This document shows positions 25,533 through 38,259 of a stretch of DNA of 64,000 nucleotides, in pieces (the stretch's first letter is position 1; every line of letters begins with the position of its first letter). The notes beneath the pieces are model-generated. The model was not told where the DNA came from. It did not search any database and worked only from the letters and a program-made list of their open reading frames with translations. Source of the DNA: Eledone cirrhosa (Eukaryota); contig OZ024742.1 of NCBI GenBank assembly GCA_964016885.1, forward strand, positions 76,136,001 to 76,200,000. Direction: 5' to 3'. Position numbers and translations under genes: made by a program.

Positions 25533-26495
25533 CATATATATATACATATATATATGTGTATATATACATATATATATATGTGTATATATACATATATATA
25601 TATATAATTGGTGTTGGATGCTTGAAGCGTCCCAATGCGGTAGAGGCCGTATGAGCAATCAATGTCCTCGTAGTCAGGTTTGATCACCATGTCGATCGTA
25701 CCTCGAGCTGGTCGCCCGAATATAATTGTGATATGTCCAATAAATTCCTTTCGTTGCAACACGGATTCTGTTTGTTCTGTGATATATATATATATTAATA
25801 TATACATTATATATATATATATATATATACACACACAATTTTAGAGAAATAATCTTGAAATTAGTTATTATAAAAATATTATATTATTAGATAAAGAACA
25901 GAATTATTTATTTATTTTTAATAGATTAATATATAATTACACATCATATTCAAATTATAGCGAAGTGCCGGGCTGACATTTTAAAGAGCGTGTTAAATAT
26001 GATAATACACTGTGCAGAATTAAGAATAAGCGTTCGTATGCAAATGTCAATTTTACACGGGGAAAATACAGCATCGTCTAACATCATCTCACCCATCAAT
26101 AATTAATTCCGAATTTAATCTCTGAGTAAAAAACTATACGCGCTGCCCTCTATCTCTACTTCATCACGTATTATAAATTAATTAGTGCTCACATTTATTC
26201 ATTTGATAATACATCCTGAATCCAGTCTATTTCTATCTACTTAATTATTTTTTTGAACACATAGTATTCTTTTTATGTTTAATGGCTAGTTTCTTATTGG
26301 ATTATCGATTAATTATTGAATTATTGAATACCTCTTTATTTAAACATGTTTCCTAACATTTTCCCTTAAATACACTACATTTCACGTGTACTGGAACATG
26401 GCACCAGACATACCAACATACTCCCATCCATATAAATATATATATAGAGAGAGTATTATATATACTGTTTCATATAAATGTGAATTCATTATAAC

Positions 26496-26526
<31 letters not shown>

Positions 26527-27130
26527 ATGATCTTTAATTTCTAGGATAAATTTATATAGAAAATAATAAAGAATTTAATATTCGGTCAAACATAGAGAAA
26601 ATGAATTCAAACATTGTAAATGACAATAAACGAGAGGAAAGAATGGAAAGGGCAAGGATCATAAAGAAACAATCATTAATAGGAAAAGGACAAGATGACA
26701 GACTCTATGCCTAAATCAGAGTGGTCTTTTGGCTGCGGCCCGAGGACAAAATGCAAGGGTAATGCCTGCTGTAACAGCCACCCCATCTTGCGGGCTTCCT
26801 TCCTTAGCAAGCTACTGTCATTCACAATTTATGAATTATAATGGATGTGTATAATAATTGCATGGGATCGAAGTAGAATTATTTCCGATAAAATAACATT
26901 GTTTATTCTTCAAATATATTAATGATTCTGCTTAGAATGGTTTGATCGCTAGATTCATCCACAACACAATAACGATGAAATATAATATATAATTTTTTAC
27001 CGTTATTTAGATTTGTACGTCTGTCGTGGCTATATCACAAGAGGATATCAGGTAGACTTATTATATGATATACTATAAAACAACAGCAGATATTAGCATA
27101 GAAATAATATTAAAATCACAACAACTTTAA

Positions 27131-27342
27131 CCCTTTTGCATTTACATTACTCTATATATACTATTGTATTATCACTTTATCTCACATAATTATCTCACAT
27201 AATATCGAATCTACAAAATCTTGATATCATTTATTTTGAGAATAATACCATAACATCAGTATGAGCGCATGTTTACAGCGAGTTTGAACAGAAAGAGGTG
27301 AGAGAATTCTGGCCGGATATGGCCGATTTAAATGCTAAAGGG
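27131..27342. mobile_element. piggyBac-type MITE
   Basis: TTAA|CCCTTTTGCATTTA ... TAAATGCTAAAGGG|TTAA: 14-bp TIR with one mismatch and a TTAA target duplication. Confidence 0.8.
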
Positions 27343-27539
27343 TTAACCCATTACATTTCCATCATTCCTACTTACCAGAACAAAATTAATCATTTGACAC
27401 TAATATATTCCTTATAAATAGAATTATAAATAACAGTTTAATATATTTTAGAAGGAAAAGATAAAACAAGAAGTTATTAAGAAAGTATGAATGCTCAATA
27501 ACTTCCTTTTTATCTTACGAATAATAGTATTACAATTAC

Positions 27540-29640
27540 TTAATTGTGTGCTATTAGCGCCGAAATAAAAACGCAGGGAAAGTGGGGATTTACACATGAG
27601 TTAAAAAACGTGTAACACAAATATAACTGGTAACACTTAACAATAACACACAAACAACGGAATTCCCCAACAGAGGAGGAATATGAAACGGGGTGACTTA
27701 GTAATCCCATAGATCCGAGAACAACCTGATCGCCAAGAACACCATAGGACGTTGATCTGAAACCTCCACTTTATAGGCCCAAGATCAGATTAGTCCCATT
27801 CATTCTGGCTAGAATAGCTACATTCAGCCACCATTTAACAAACGTACCGGGAGGCTGGGTGGAGCAATACTCCCCTCATCACCTTCAAAGTGGATGAGAT
27901 CTTGGCCGAAGAGGAAATAATATTTCTTTAGTTCTTTCAGTCACGTCCGCCATATACCTTTGTGTGTGTGATGCGTGAATTTTTTTTGTGTTCCTCCTTT
28001 TTTTTTCTTTCTTCTTTTTGCTTTAGATTTTGCCTCATCTTCGCTCGTGGAAACTGAATGTGTGTACCTGTGTCTGTACCTGTGTCTGATTGTGTGTTTG
28101 TGTCAATGTGAATATTTTTAGGGGGGGGGGGGGGGGGCTTTCCTCATTTTCCCCTTGAGTGGCCAAAGCTGGTGGTGGCATTTCCGCTGATGTTGGTGCT
28201 TGTGGTGACGCCGGTGCTGGTGTTGGCTGCGGTCCCACCCAAGCATCGTTAGCAGTGGAGGATTTCGGCCACTTGCAATTTTGTGTTGAGGGAAAAAGGC
28301 TCGCAAATGAGTTGTTTCTCCACAGACGAAACAGTGCGGCCTTCCCCCTCAGTCATTATTTGCAGCACCGTCCCAGTTTAGAAACGACGTGGTCCGAGAT
28401 TTTTTAGGTCTTTTGGCCTGATCTGGAGAAATATCTCCAATTCGACCCCAGATTAGTTCTCCCAGGCTATTCATGCTGCATCTATCGGCTATCGGAATAT
28501 CATCGTCCCCCTCCTCAATCAGGAATAGAGGATCCACCGCAAGTCTAGTCCAGGTGGAATCTTGGGAATGATGTATCTACTTGATCTTTTTCCCATGTGG
28601 GATGTGTACATAATGATCTTGCTTGATTTGCAAGGGGTCACCGCGAGGGGTTCTGACTGACAACACTGAGATGATGCCGTATTGTCTGCCCTAGCTATGT
28701 AATTGATTGTATCTCTGATCTCAACTTAGACATCTGCTAGGGAAGTGAAGGTCGTTTTTTAGTCAGCAATGAAATGCATCTAAAATGACCGTTCTCCTCT
28801 CCCTTGCTTCTATGGCCTCTCCCGGGACGGTTAAGTTGGCCTAGACTTAGTCTTGTTTAATGAACTTCTATGCTTGGGTCAGACGTTCTCTTTTTGGCTA
28901 AGGTCCATACTAAAGCGTAACGTTTTATTAACCGCTGCAGCAGCGTTAGAGTTCTTGCTGTTGTCTGTGTTGCTGTTGCCGTTGCTGTTGTTGATCACAT
29001 TGTTGTTGATGATGCTGTTGTTGGTGTTAGTTGTCGTTGCTGCTTTCACTCTTCTTCAGGTTACTCTTGTTGTTGGTGCTGTTGTAGCCGCTGGTGCAGT
29101 TGGGTTTGGTGTTGTTCCCGATGCAGTTGTTTTTGTTGTTTTCGTTGTTGCAATGGGTGTTGGTGTTGTTTTTAATTTCGGAGTTGGTCTTGAAGCTGTT
29201 GGAGCCCTTGTTGCCGTTGATCTCTTAACTTGTAACATTGTTGCTGTTGGGGCTGTCGTTGTTAACGTTGTTGCTGGTGTTGTTGCTAAATTTGTTGTTG
29301 CATTTTATGTTTGTAATTAATTTTAGTTAGTCCATAATTAGGCTTGTTTTGGTGTCTCTCTTATCAACTTTTTTTATCGCTATCTCAAGAAGGCAGACTT
29401 TGTGTTGGGTGGGGGGGAGGTGGGGGTGGAGGCGTGTTTCGTCAATTTCTTAAATAAGCAAAATATATACAAAGTTCAAAAGGCCCAAATATTATAAAGT
29501 ATCCCCTTCACTTGGTAAAAGCGGAAGTCTTACGAGACATTGGCAAAATATATAACAACTAATACAATTAAAAAAAAAGAAAAACCCTGTAAAGTCATTA
29601 CCTTGTGGAGCTAAAAACACAACTCGTCTTCACTGAATGA
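27540..29640 (-). mobile_element. Internally deleted, degraded Tx1/L1-like LINE
   Basis: L1/Tx1-like 5' end (rc CAGTGAAGACGAGTTGTGTTTTTAGCTCC), a Thr-rich low-complexity ORF1 remnant, and a 3' part resembling the F.K.W.NV end seen in the other Tx1 copies. Confidence 0.55.
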
Positions 29641-32303
29641 CAACGAATAGTAATAATAATAATATTAATGATGAAAGTAAAAACTTATTATGTTCGTCTC
29701 AAGATGAACTCTGCATAACAACAAATTACAAAAATAGTTGATGATTGCGCATGACTCATACATACGTACATACATATATACACACTTACCTACATACATA
29801 CATAAATAGATACATACATACAGAAAAACAGAGAAACATTCATTCTTACTGATAATATATGCGTACCGTTCAGTATTTATACAGTATTTGTAGCGGTAAA
29901 ACTGTTCACAAATGAGAGAACATTGCCAGAAAATGATAGTGTAGCAAAGTCTGTATTACTCGTAAAGATATTTCAATAAATAGACTCTGCAGACATTTTG
30001 ATATAATCTAATTTCCATGGCAAACGTCCATAAAATTTATGACCATTATTTATAATTCTAATACATAAAATTCCTCTGCACTCCTCAGGCATTCTCCTAC
30101 TATTGCTTAAGTTTTGTCTCATAAATGTCGCATTGTTCACAGATAAATATATTTGTGAATTCATGACTTATCTCAGATTGATGGTAACTTATTTAATATT
30201 TGCCTGCTTTACATATAATTACCTATATTATGGGCATTGTTCGTATGATGTACCAAATTACCTCACATAACGCATATCGTTTGTTTTCGCCATCTTACAA
30301 TATCTCTTCCAGGCGTAAGTCCTCTTCTACGTACTCAAAAAAGTATGATTGGAACCAAATATAACTATCTCTATCTACTGCTCGATCATATAACCATATA
30401 TTCATAATAGAATACACACAGAGAGGTACACACTTATCTGTGTATGTCTACTATTGTCACAACATAATGCATATGAGTGTCTGTGTTTGTGTTTTTGCAT
30501 AGGCTTTTCTATTTGTAAGTTAGTCGATTGATCAAGAAATTTACATAGAAATCCTGTTGTTTCTGGTTCAATCAGAAAGCTTTGCATTTTTGGCCAGTCT
30601 CTGAATGGAATCGCGTAGAAGGAAACTCTGTGGATGCCTGTCGAATATATTGTACCTCTAATTGAAATTTTCAGACTTTTTCACTCACTTTTCCCAATTA
30701 TTCTGTTTGAAAATTTCGAAAAAATGGAAAAAAACGTAATTTTATTGTTACAATATATTTTCCGTCATACATTACTGTTGCAGGCAGAGGCAGTTTGTCA
30801 ACTATCGCAGGCTGAGCACTTTGTAGCTTTAGACATTGCCTACCCTACCAAATACACTTGCAAACTAATAACCAGAAATATTCAGAAATATTCGCAAATA
30901 GTCAAATTGCAATTGGGAATATATCACGGAAAGATATTAGGTAGATCGGTAGAAAAATTGCAGTGTTGAATAAAATTCTTTTGGCATATCATTAAGGCCA
31001 TTTAAATTTGGATTTCGTATACCATCGTGGACAGGTTTACTTTTCATCCCGTTGCGTACAACACAACACCAATGAAACCCAGCGATCAATTTACTCTCGT
31101 CGTTAAACTTCCTCCAGTTTATGAGTCATGTCTTATATGAGTATCATAAGTGAAATAATGGCCATGATATGCACAAACGTATTTCGAGAATTCTAACACG
31201 CACAAAATCCTATAATATAAATATTAATAATGAACCACTAGCACTTAATTGTTTATATCCCTTTCAGGAAATACCTATGACTGCTCACTTTCTGCTGTCA
31301 CAAATCGAGGACCAGTTTCCATTTATGTCTTTACAAGAAAATGTTTCCGTTTTGTCAAATATAAGAATCACTAATACAATTAATGGTAGCACAAATTAAG
31401 TAACAACATATTTAGATAGAAGGCGTAACTAATGAAATCGAGTCCAAGGTGCAGTATGAACCACTGTATGAACCAAAGATGAATGGGATTTAAATGTACC
31501 GTAATTTAAAAGTACCGTAACTCTATGCCACAAAACTTGTTGGTTGATGCTCCACAGATAATGACAATTCGCCACCGCAATACCGTAATTAATAATAAAC
31601 AGAAACAAATTGGCCGGCATTCGGATGAAAGAACCTGTCCCACACACGCCAACAAATATTACTGCAATTATTACTGCAATTAACATAGTAGAACAGTATG
31701 AGCATCGGATATATCTCACGGAATTTAGTTAAGTCTTTTTATATATTTACGTCAGAGTTCAAACTCGCATGTTATCTTTCCGGAGTACATAAAATAAATT
31801 GCCAATGAAGAAATGTATTCAGTTTAATCGAATATATATGTAATCAAAATACGTCATCCTGTGTCTATAATAGGAAGAAATGATAATAATTAGGACAATG
31901 AAAACATAACTTGTCCTCAGGAATTTCCGATTCTTCATTTTGTTTACACATATTCGGTGCATACTTTCTTTTAACTTTCCTATGTGATTAGCAAATATGC
32001 TTCAAAAATGGTATCTAATAACATCGAAACAATTGCTCGGTTTTATTCAATTTTACTTCAGGGAAAACATCTACTACCACTGCATTGACTTATATTGTTT
32101 CAAATTTCGAGAGGTCACCTCAGGTTATAAAAGGTTGTTAGCAGATTCCAAGTGAATTAGTCCTATAAAACTAGTATATAAATAAGGTAGTAACCTGATT
32201 CTACCCACGGGAGTATTTAACAATTGACTTACTATATGTGAACCTACGTTTAAATAATAGTGTTTACTACGTGTATATCATATATATATACATACATACA
32301 TAC

Positions 32304-32342
<39 letters not shown>

Positions 32343-32347
<5 letters not shown>

Positions 32348-32728
32348 TAACAGATTAAAGTTTAAGCGAAGAATCGCTACTTTCACGCTTAACGGGATCT
32401 TCTAAAACTAAAAGAAATATTCTGTGAACGCAGAAGTAAATATTTCGAAAACTTTGCAACCGAAGAAAAACAGGGAACGTCTTCAGGAGCCAAAATATCG
32501 TCTTCCTGTTTTCCTTCGGTTGCAACGTTTTTCGAAATATTTACTTCTGCGTTCACAGATTGATTTTGTTAGTTTCAGAAGATCCCGTTAACGGTGAAAG
32601 CAGCGATTATTTGCTTAAACTTTAATCTGTTATTTTAATAAATATTTGCTCTAGGGTTCTTTTATATTTGATATATATTTATCCTTATCGAGCTCTCTTT
32701 GGATTTTAGTCTTCACATTGATTATTAT

Positions 32729-32735
<7 letters not shown>
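32343..32735. mobile_element. Family F palindromic insertion in (TA)n
   Basis: Inverted arms about 32343-32480 and 32498-32639, plus a one-sided tail of about 95 nt. Hammerhead-like motif at 32571-32621 (+). Confidence 0.85.
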
Positions 32736-32804
<69 letters not shown>

Positions 32805-32809
<5 letters not shown>

Positions 32810-33206
32810 TAAAAGGGATTCCAACTTTGTCTGATTTACTCGTTTGATTTACAATCCTTTAAAATTTATAATGGTATTATAATGAAATAGTATGATAGAA
32901 TATTAAATTCTAAGTGTTAATTGAACAAGTACTTTCATGCTTTCGCAATCTTCTGGTTCATAATATGTGGTGACAGTCAAGTTTGCAATTTTGACTGTCA
33001 CCACATATTATGAACCTGAAGATTGCGAAAGCATGAAAGTACTTGTTCAATTAACACTTAGAATTTAATATTCTATCATACTATTTCATTATAATACCAT
33101 TATAAATTTTAAAGGATTGTAAATAAAACGAGTAAATCAGACAAAGTTGTAATTCCTCTTATTAATATAATCTTCTATACACAATCATACACACCCGAGT
33201 TATTTA

Positions 33207-33212
<6 letters not shown>
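32805..33212. mobile_element. Family G palindromic insertion in (TA)n
   Basis: Near-perfect inverted arms 32805-32980 and 32991-33167, plus a short tail. Confidence 0.85.
33011..33049 (+). ncRNA. Very compact type-I hammerhead, family G (mirror copy 32922-32960, minus)
   Basis: TGAAC CTGAAGA T-TGC-GAAA-GCA-T GAAA GTAC TT GTTCA: 5-bp stem I, GAAA-capped stem II, palindromic stem III. Confidence 0.8.
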
Positions 33213-33244
<32 letters not shown>

Positions 33245-33740
33245 ACAGGGTTCATGACCTGCGTGTATATTATTTTATATTTTACGATAACCTCCCCTTC
33301 CTATTTGGGGACAGTGTGAGATTTTTTTTTAAGGATTGCTGGACATTCAAACTTAACGGTTCTTCTAGCTCTGACGGTGTATATCGCTAAATATTAATAA
33401 CGATGTAGTGTTTTCTGTTGATATTGCTTGGGCATTCCACTGAAGAGTTTTAAGATCACACTTGCACGTGAATCTGTTGATCAGATGCAAGCTTCTACAT
33501 GTCTTGGACATTTTTCTCCCACCTTGTAGAAATCTTATAATGAAACGATCGTATGGAAAGTGAGATTTGTTTAATTATGTCTCATATAAAATAATACAGC
33601 CGACTATCCACACAATACAATATAATTAGCACCCCAAACGTATAATTGGGAATATACTTAGGTATTTCCTAATGTTTGTTGAGTGAGATGGAAGTTGGTC
33701 GGGGTATCGCTAATAGCTTTCTCTGTTAATGTATTAAGTA
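33245..33740 (+). mobile_element. Diverged family D copy
   Basis: Aligns to 14320-14600 and 14790-15010. Flanked by (TA)n. Confidence 0.8.
33435..33558 (+). ncRNA. Type-I hammerhead with expanded stem II, family D
   Basis: TTCCA CTGAAGA GTTTTAAGAT...ATCTTATAAT GAAA CGATCG TA TGGAA. Confidence 0.75.
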
Positions 33741-33766
33741 TATATATATATATATATATATAAATA

Positions 33767-34058
33767 CATTTTAGTCTGATAATGGGGTTTAGAACACTCA
33801 GATAAATAGAAAAAGATGAGTATTGACATACATGGGAGTCGAACCCTCATCTTTGGTTATCCAGACCACTGTGCTACCATTAGACCAACACATCACCCAT
33901 GTGATGCGTTGGTGTAATGGTAGCACAGTGGTCTGGATAACCAAAGATGTGGGTTAGACTCCCATGTACCTCAATACTCATATTTTTCCATTTATCTGAG
34001 GGTTCTAAACCCCATTATCAAAACTAAAATTTCTTTAGTCAAAAATAAGGTGAAAGCT
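33767..34058. mobile_element. Palindromic insertion of a tRNA-headed element (family M)
   Basis: Inverted arms meet at about 33899. A-box TGGTGTAATGG at 33910-33920 and B-box GGTTCGACTCC (rc 33835-33845). Confidence 0.7.
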
Positions 34059-34067
34059 ATATATATA

Positions 34068-34246
34068 TCGGGGGTAACCACAGTAAGTAAGGTACTCAGT
34101 ACATAGCAGAGTATAAATGTTTTAATATAGAAAAGCTTCTACAGGACTAGTACTGTTTCATTCGTGAGATATCATCAGAGGCTTCCTGATGATTTCTAAC
34201 GAATAAAACATTTCTCGTCCTGTAGAAGCTTTTCTATATTAAAATG
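34068..34246. mobile_element. Family H: two back-to-back hammerhead motifs (34135-34183 minus, 34181-34229 plus)
   Basis: Consensus GCTTC CTGATGA ...GAAT GAAA CAG-TACTAGTC-CTG TA GAAGC. The plus arm has GAAA mutated to AAAA. Confidence 0.7.
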
Positions 34247-35039
34247 TATATATATATATATATATGCGCACTTGCGTATGTGTGTGAGATGTTAGGTATG
34301 TTTGCTCCTGTGTGTGCGTTTTACAGATGAGGATTGAATGTGGCTTTTATTACAGCATGTATTATTATATAAGTCTGCATATTACATTTGCCTTAACACA
34401 AGTCTAACATAAACAAGGCAACTGTCACTATTATACTTCGCTATGGAACATTACATACTTTAATATGTTTACCATTCAGAGAAGATATGTTTAGAAATTC
34501 TATTCTGACTATATATTATATGCATGCAAGACCACATACACACATTTATAGTTTAACTGCTGACATAATTACCTTTCAATAGAGAATCTAAGGCGGCTTT
34601 CGAAATATGCTGACAGACGATCTCATGTAGGACAATATTTGACACTATTTTATGTAAGAAAATATATTGCAGGGTAGTGTCATGCGTCATGAAAACTCAT
34701 TGATTTTATAAATCTATGAAAGCTATATAAAGATGTTTTATCCGGATAAATCATAAACAACAAACATGCCTCGTGGTTTACACACAAATACATATATGTT
34801 GACACACAAGAACAAAGATGGAAAGATAAGTTACATATATAAAGATATATATTTATACATGTAAATAATGTTCATCCATGGTTAACTGATACAGGGAACG
34901 GAAAGCGACATTCCCTTTCACCATGTCATAGGTAATAACCCGGAAATTACTGCCTGTCTAATGTGTTTGTTTAGAAACCAAATTAGAGATTCTGTAAACA
35001 TATTGTTTTGCAAAGCATAGGCAGTAGTAGTAGTAGTAT

Positions 35040-35077
<38 letters not shown>

Positions 35078-35099
35078 AGATTATTACTACTACTAATAA

Positions 35100-37480
35100 T
35101 CATTTCATTATTGGCCACAAGGGCCTAAATATAGGGAACAATACAATAGACAAGGACAGGGGGGTCTTACATAAATAACGTGCAAAACATATAAATAACA
35201 ATAACAAAAAACAAGAAAATACAACAAATTACATTCCCCACTACGGGGATAGCCAACCAGTGGCGCTCAGATACCCCGCCCCCGCTAATCCAGAACCACC
35301 CGGCGCTTCGTCGGCACCCCTCCCAATCCAATTAACCGGCATAAAGATGCATGCTCAGAATAGGCCCTTTCACAATGGGCCATTCTCGCCACATTTATCC
35401 ACCTTTTAGCAAATGTACTAGGGAGTAGTACTACTCTCGCCACCCTCATCTTCATCTCCACGTGAAACTTGAAAAATTCGATGAGGGCTTGGCCGAAGAG
35501 AAAAGTGTATGTCTCCTGTTCTTTCAACCTGGTCCACCACACAACCTCTTTCACAACCGACACCAGACAGGAAAATTGCCTTACCTTCCCGGACAAAAGA
35601 AGGCGGCGGGCGATCTTCACTGTAGATCGGTCGATAGCTGACTCGGTTCTACACCTCCAACTGCTGTTCGACATAACTCCACAAGTCAACAATTCACGGA
35701 CACTGGATGAGTGCATGCAGAACTGTTACCTCACCCTGCGTGCATCTCGGGTAGGTTGTTTTCAGCACATCCTTGCCTGTAGATTTATTCTCGGACCGGC
35801 AGATATTCCCTGTATCAATGCCAAGCGAGGTATTTCTGGAAGTTATCCATATTCCCTGGCTTGAAAGTCCTCCGGAACATACATGCTTTTGCCCCCCCCC
35901 CCTCGTTTCTATCAGCTACTCCCGCACAACCCCAGCGTGCGTCGAAAATGCCGTTCCAGTTCCCGTCTAACCGTAAAGGGCAAGACATTCCCAGAAAGGC
36001 TCCTGGCGCTTAAAGATACCCTGTCATCCTACACCGATCTGTGCGTAAATAGCTAACAATCTGCATGCATACCTTTTGCTATTGCTCACGTTCAGTTTCC
36101 GTCCAGGTTCAGGAAGATTGATCTTACCGGGATATCCAGGCTTTTCCTAAATCGTACTGCCAGCCACCTACTCTTCCCGGCCAACTAGGAGATGTGAAGA
36201 TGTGATAGTCGTCGAAAATGTGGGCAGGTGCATATGTATCGGAAATGTTTGTCCTGCTGCCGGCAATCACATGCATTTCTAATGAACTGAGAAAAGGGCC
36301 TTTTACACCCAGTGATTAAATGTAGTGCTATCCAATTTAGGAGAGGTATTTAATCCGGGATTATTTGAGATACTCTGGTTTGATTTGGAGAAGGATCTCG
36401 AAATCCACCCCAGACCTGTTCTCCCTGGCTGTTCTCGTAGCCTCGATCAGGACGGCATCTGTCACGTCTTTAATCACGCATCCCAGGAGCCAACACAAGT
36501 CCAGTCCTTGTGGAATCTTGGTAATGCAGACTCAAACTGTTCTCTTTCCCACCAGGAAGGGTTACATGATTATTTTGATTGTTTTTCAGGGGACCACTGA
36601 GCGTTTGATATCGAGGGCCTCCACTTAAATACCACCGAGATGGTGCCATATTGACTGTTCCACGCTATGTCCTCAGTGACTTGTCTGATGCTTTTTAGCA
36701 CAGCCTCGGCTTGTGGAGTTATCTCCGCTTTACCAATCAGCACCTAAATAAATCTGCAAGTAATAGTTCTCTTTTCTACCACTTTTATTGCCTCTGCCGG
36801 TACAGTTAAGTTTTCCCAGATTTGCTCATGTTTAATTAGCTTCCACATCTGGGCCAAATTTTTATCTCTGTAGCTAAGGTACTTGCTAAAGCATGGCTTT
36901 TTTTTTTTGGCTGCTACAGCAGGGAAAGATATTTTGTCATTGTGGGTGTTGCTGTTGCTACTGCTGTTTTTTTGCCACATAGATGTTGGTGTTATTCTTA
37001 TTGCTTTTTTATGCTATTGTTGTTGTTGTTGTTGTTCATGTTGTTATCATATTTGTTTTCACTGTCGTATGTGTTCCTTTTAATTTTTGCTTTTTGTTTC
37101 TGTTGTTCCTGTGTTGGTGGTGTTTCCATTGGTGCTGGCTGTTTCTACCGTCCTTTCGGTGGGTGCAGTAGTATTTACCTCGGTAAACATTGGGATATCC
37201 GTAAAGACCGCTTTGTTTTCACGAGAAAGGTTTCGCTTACTGCTGCAGCCATTGTCTTGAGACTTTTGGCTGTTCCACTCCATGAAATGTTCGCCATTTC
37301 TTTTAGGGACCGCAACGTATTTGTCTGCCTTCTTGATTTCTCGGAAAATTGAGGGCGTGTATGAAAATCTAACATAGATATGCCCCCTAAGATCTTCGAG
37401 TAATGCTAAATAATACTGGCTCACATACCTTTAAGTAGGACACTGAAGGAGTGCGTGCACAACGGTTTCGTCGCTCTGTG
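35100..37480 (-). mobile_element. Internally deleted Tx1/L1-like LINE
   Basis: ORF 35285-35716 (KEVVWWTRLK...FFKFH.EMKMRV...F.KRWINV) matches the ORF2 end of the 38012-43750 element. ORF1-like remnants at 36300-37200. 3' end rc CCCTTGTGGCCAATAATGAAATG followed by a microsatellite. Confidence 0.75.
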
Positions 37481-37487
37481 AGAGAGC

Positions 37488-37818
37488 AAGGAAAGGAGAT
37501 GGAGTAAATTAACCGATTCCAGGAGTTAAAGTGGGAGGAAAAAAAGGATTTGGAACTGCCATGAAGTGAAGGTCGTCCCGATTGTCATAGGCGCACTAGG
37601 TACTATCTCAAAGAATTTCCAAGGATGGTTAAAGAAGATTAGTCCAGCCCCGATTTTCGGAACACTTTAAAAGCATGCTTGCTGGGAACAGCAAGAACCC
37701 TCCGATAGGTCCTGAATATCTGAGGCAGCAGGTAGCGGCTTGATATTCATTTCAACAAAATTTCCAGTTAAATAATATCAATGACTGAGACTCAAAGAAC
37801 AACAATAATAATAATAAT
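37488..37818 (+). mobile_element. 5'-truncated copy of the R4/Dong-type element
   Basis: Colinear with 47600-47936 and ends in (AAT)n. Confidence 0.85.
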
Positions 37819-37998
37819 TGTTTCTACGTTCGGCACAAGGCCAGAAATTACCCAGAGCATTACTGGTACTTTATTTATCGACCCCGTAAGGATGAAAGGC
37901 AAAGTTAACCTCGACGGGATTTGAACTCAGAATGGCAAGGGCCGTAACTCTATACGTCAAAGCATAGCGTCCGACCTTCTACCGATACTGCCAATTCA
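37819..37998 (-). mobile_element. tRNA-derived SINE inserted in (AAT)n
   Basis: Same core as 14606-14782, flanked on both sides by CAATAATAATAAT. Confidence 0.85.
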
Positions 37999-38259
37999 CA
38001 ATAATAATAATGTTTTCTTTATTAACCACAAAGGTTTACATAAAGTACACATTAAGGACAGTACAGGACAATACAGGACGGTACAAATGGGCATTTATGC
38101 GTGTAAAAAACAGAGGATGTAATAAAAAAAAATAACAATGAAAAATTCCACAATAGGGAGGAGACTTCGGAGGGACATTTGTGGAGAAAGCCCGTTAAAA
38201 GGCCACAGTGACCCTGACCACCAGGGCAAGTGCCCACTCCCAGTTTTTCAACCTTTCAT

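Noticed and set aside
28853-29320. Hydrophobic 155-aa membrane-protein-like ORF
   Set aside because: It is the antisense reading of a Thr-rich (ACA) low-complexity LINE ORF1 remnant.
33903-33970. tRNA gene
   Set aside because: The acceptor and anticodon arms are imperfect and the sequence is part of a palindromic repeat. I treat it as a tRNA-derived element head.
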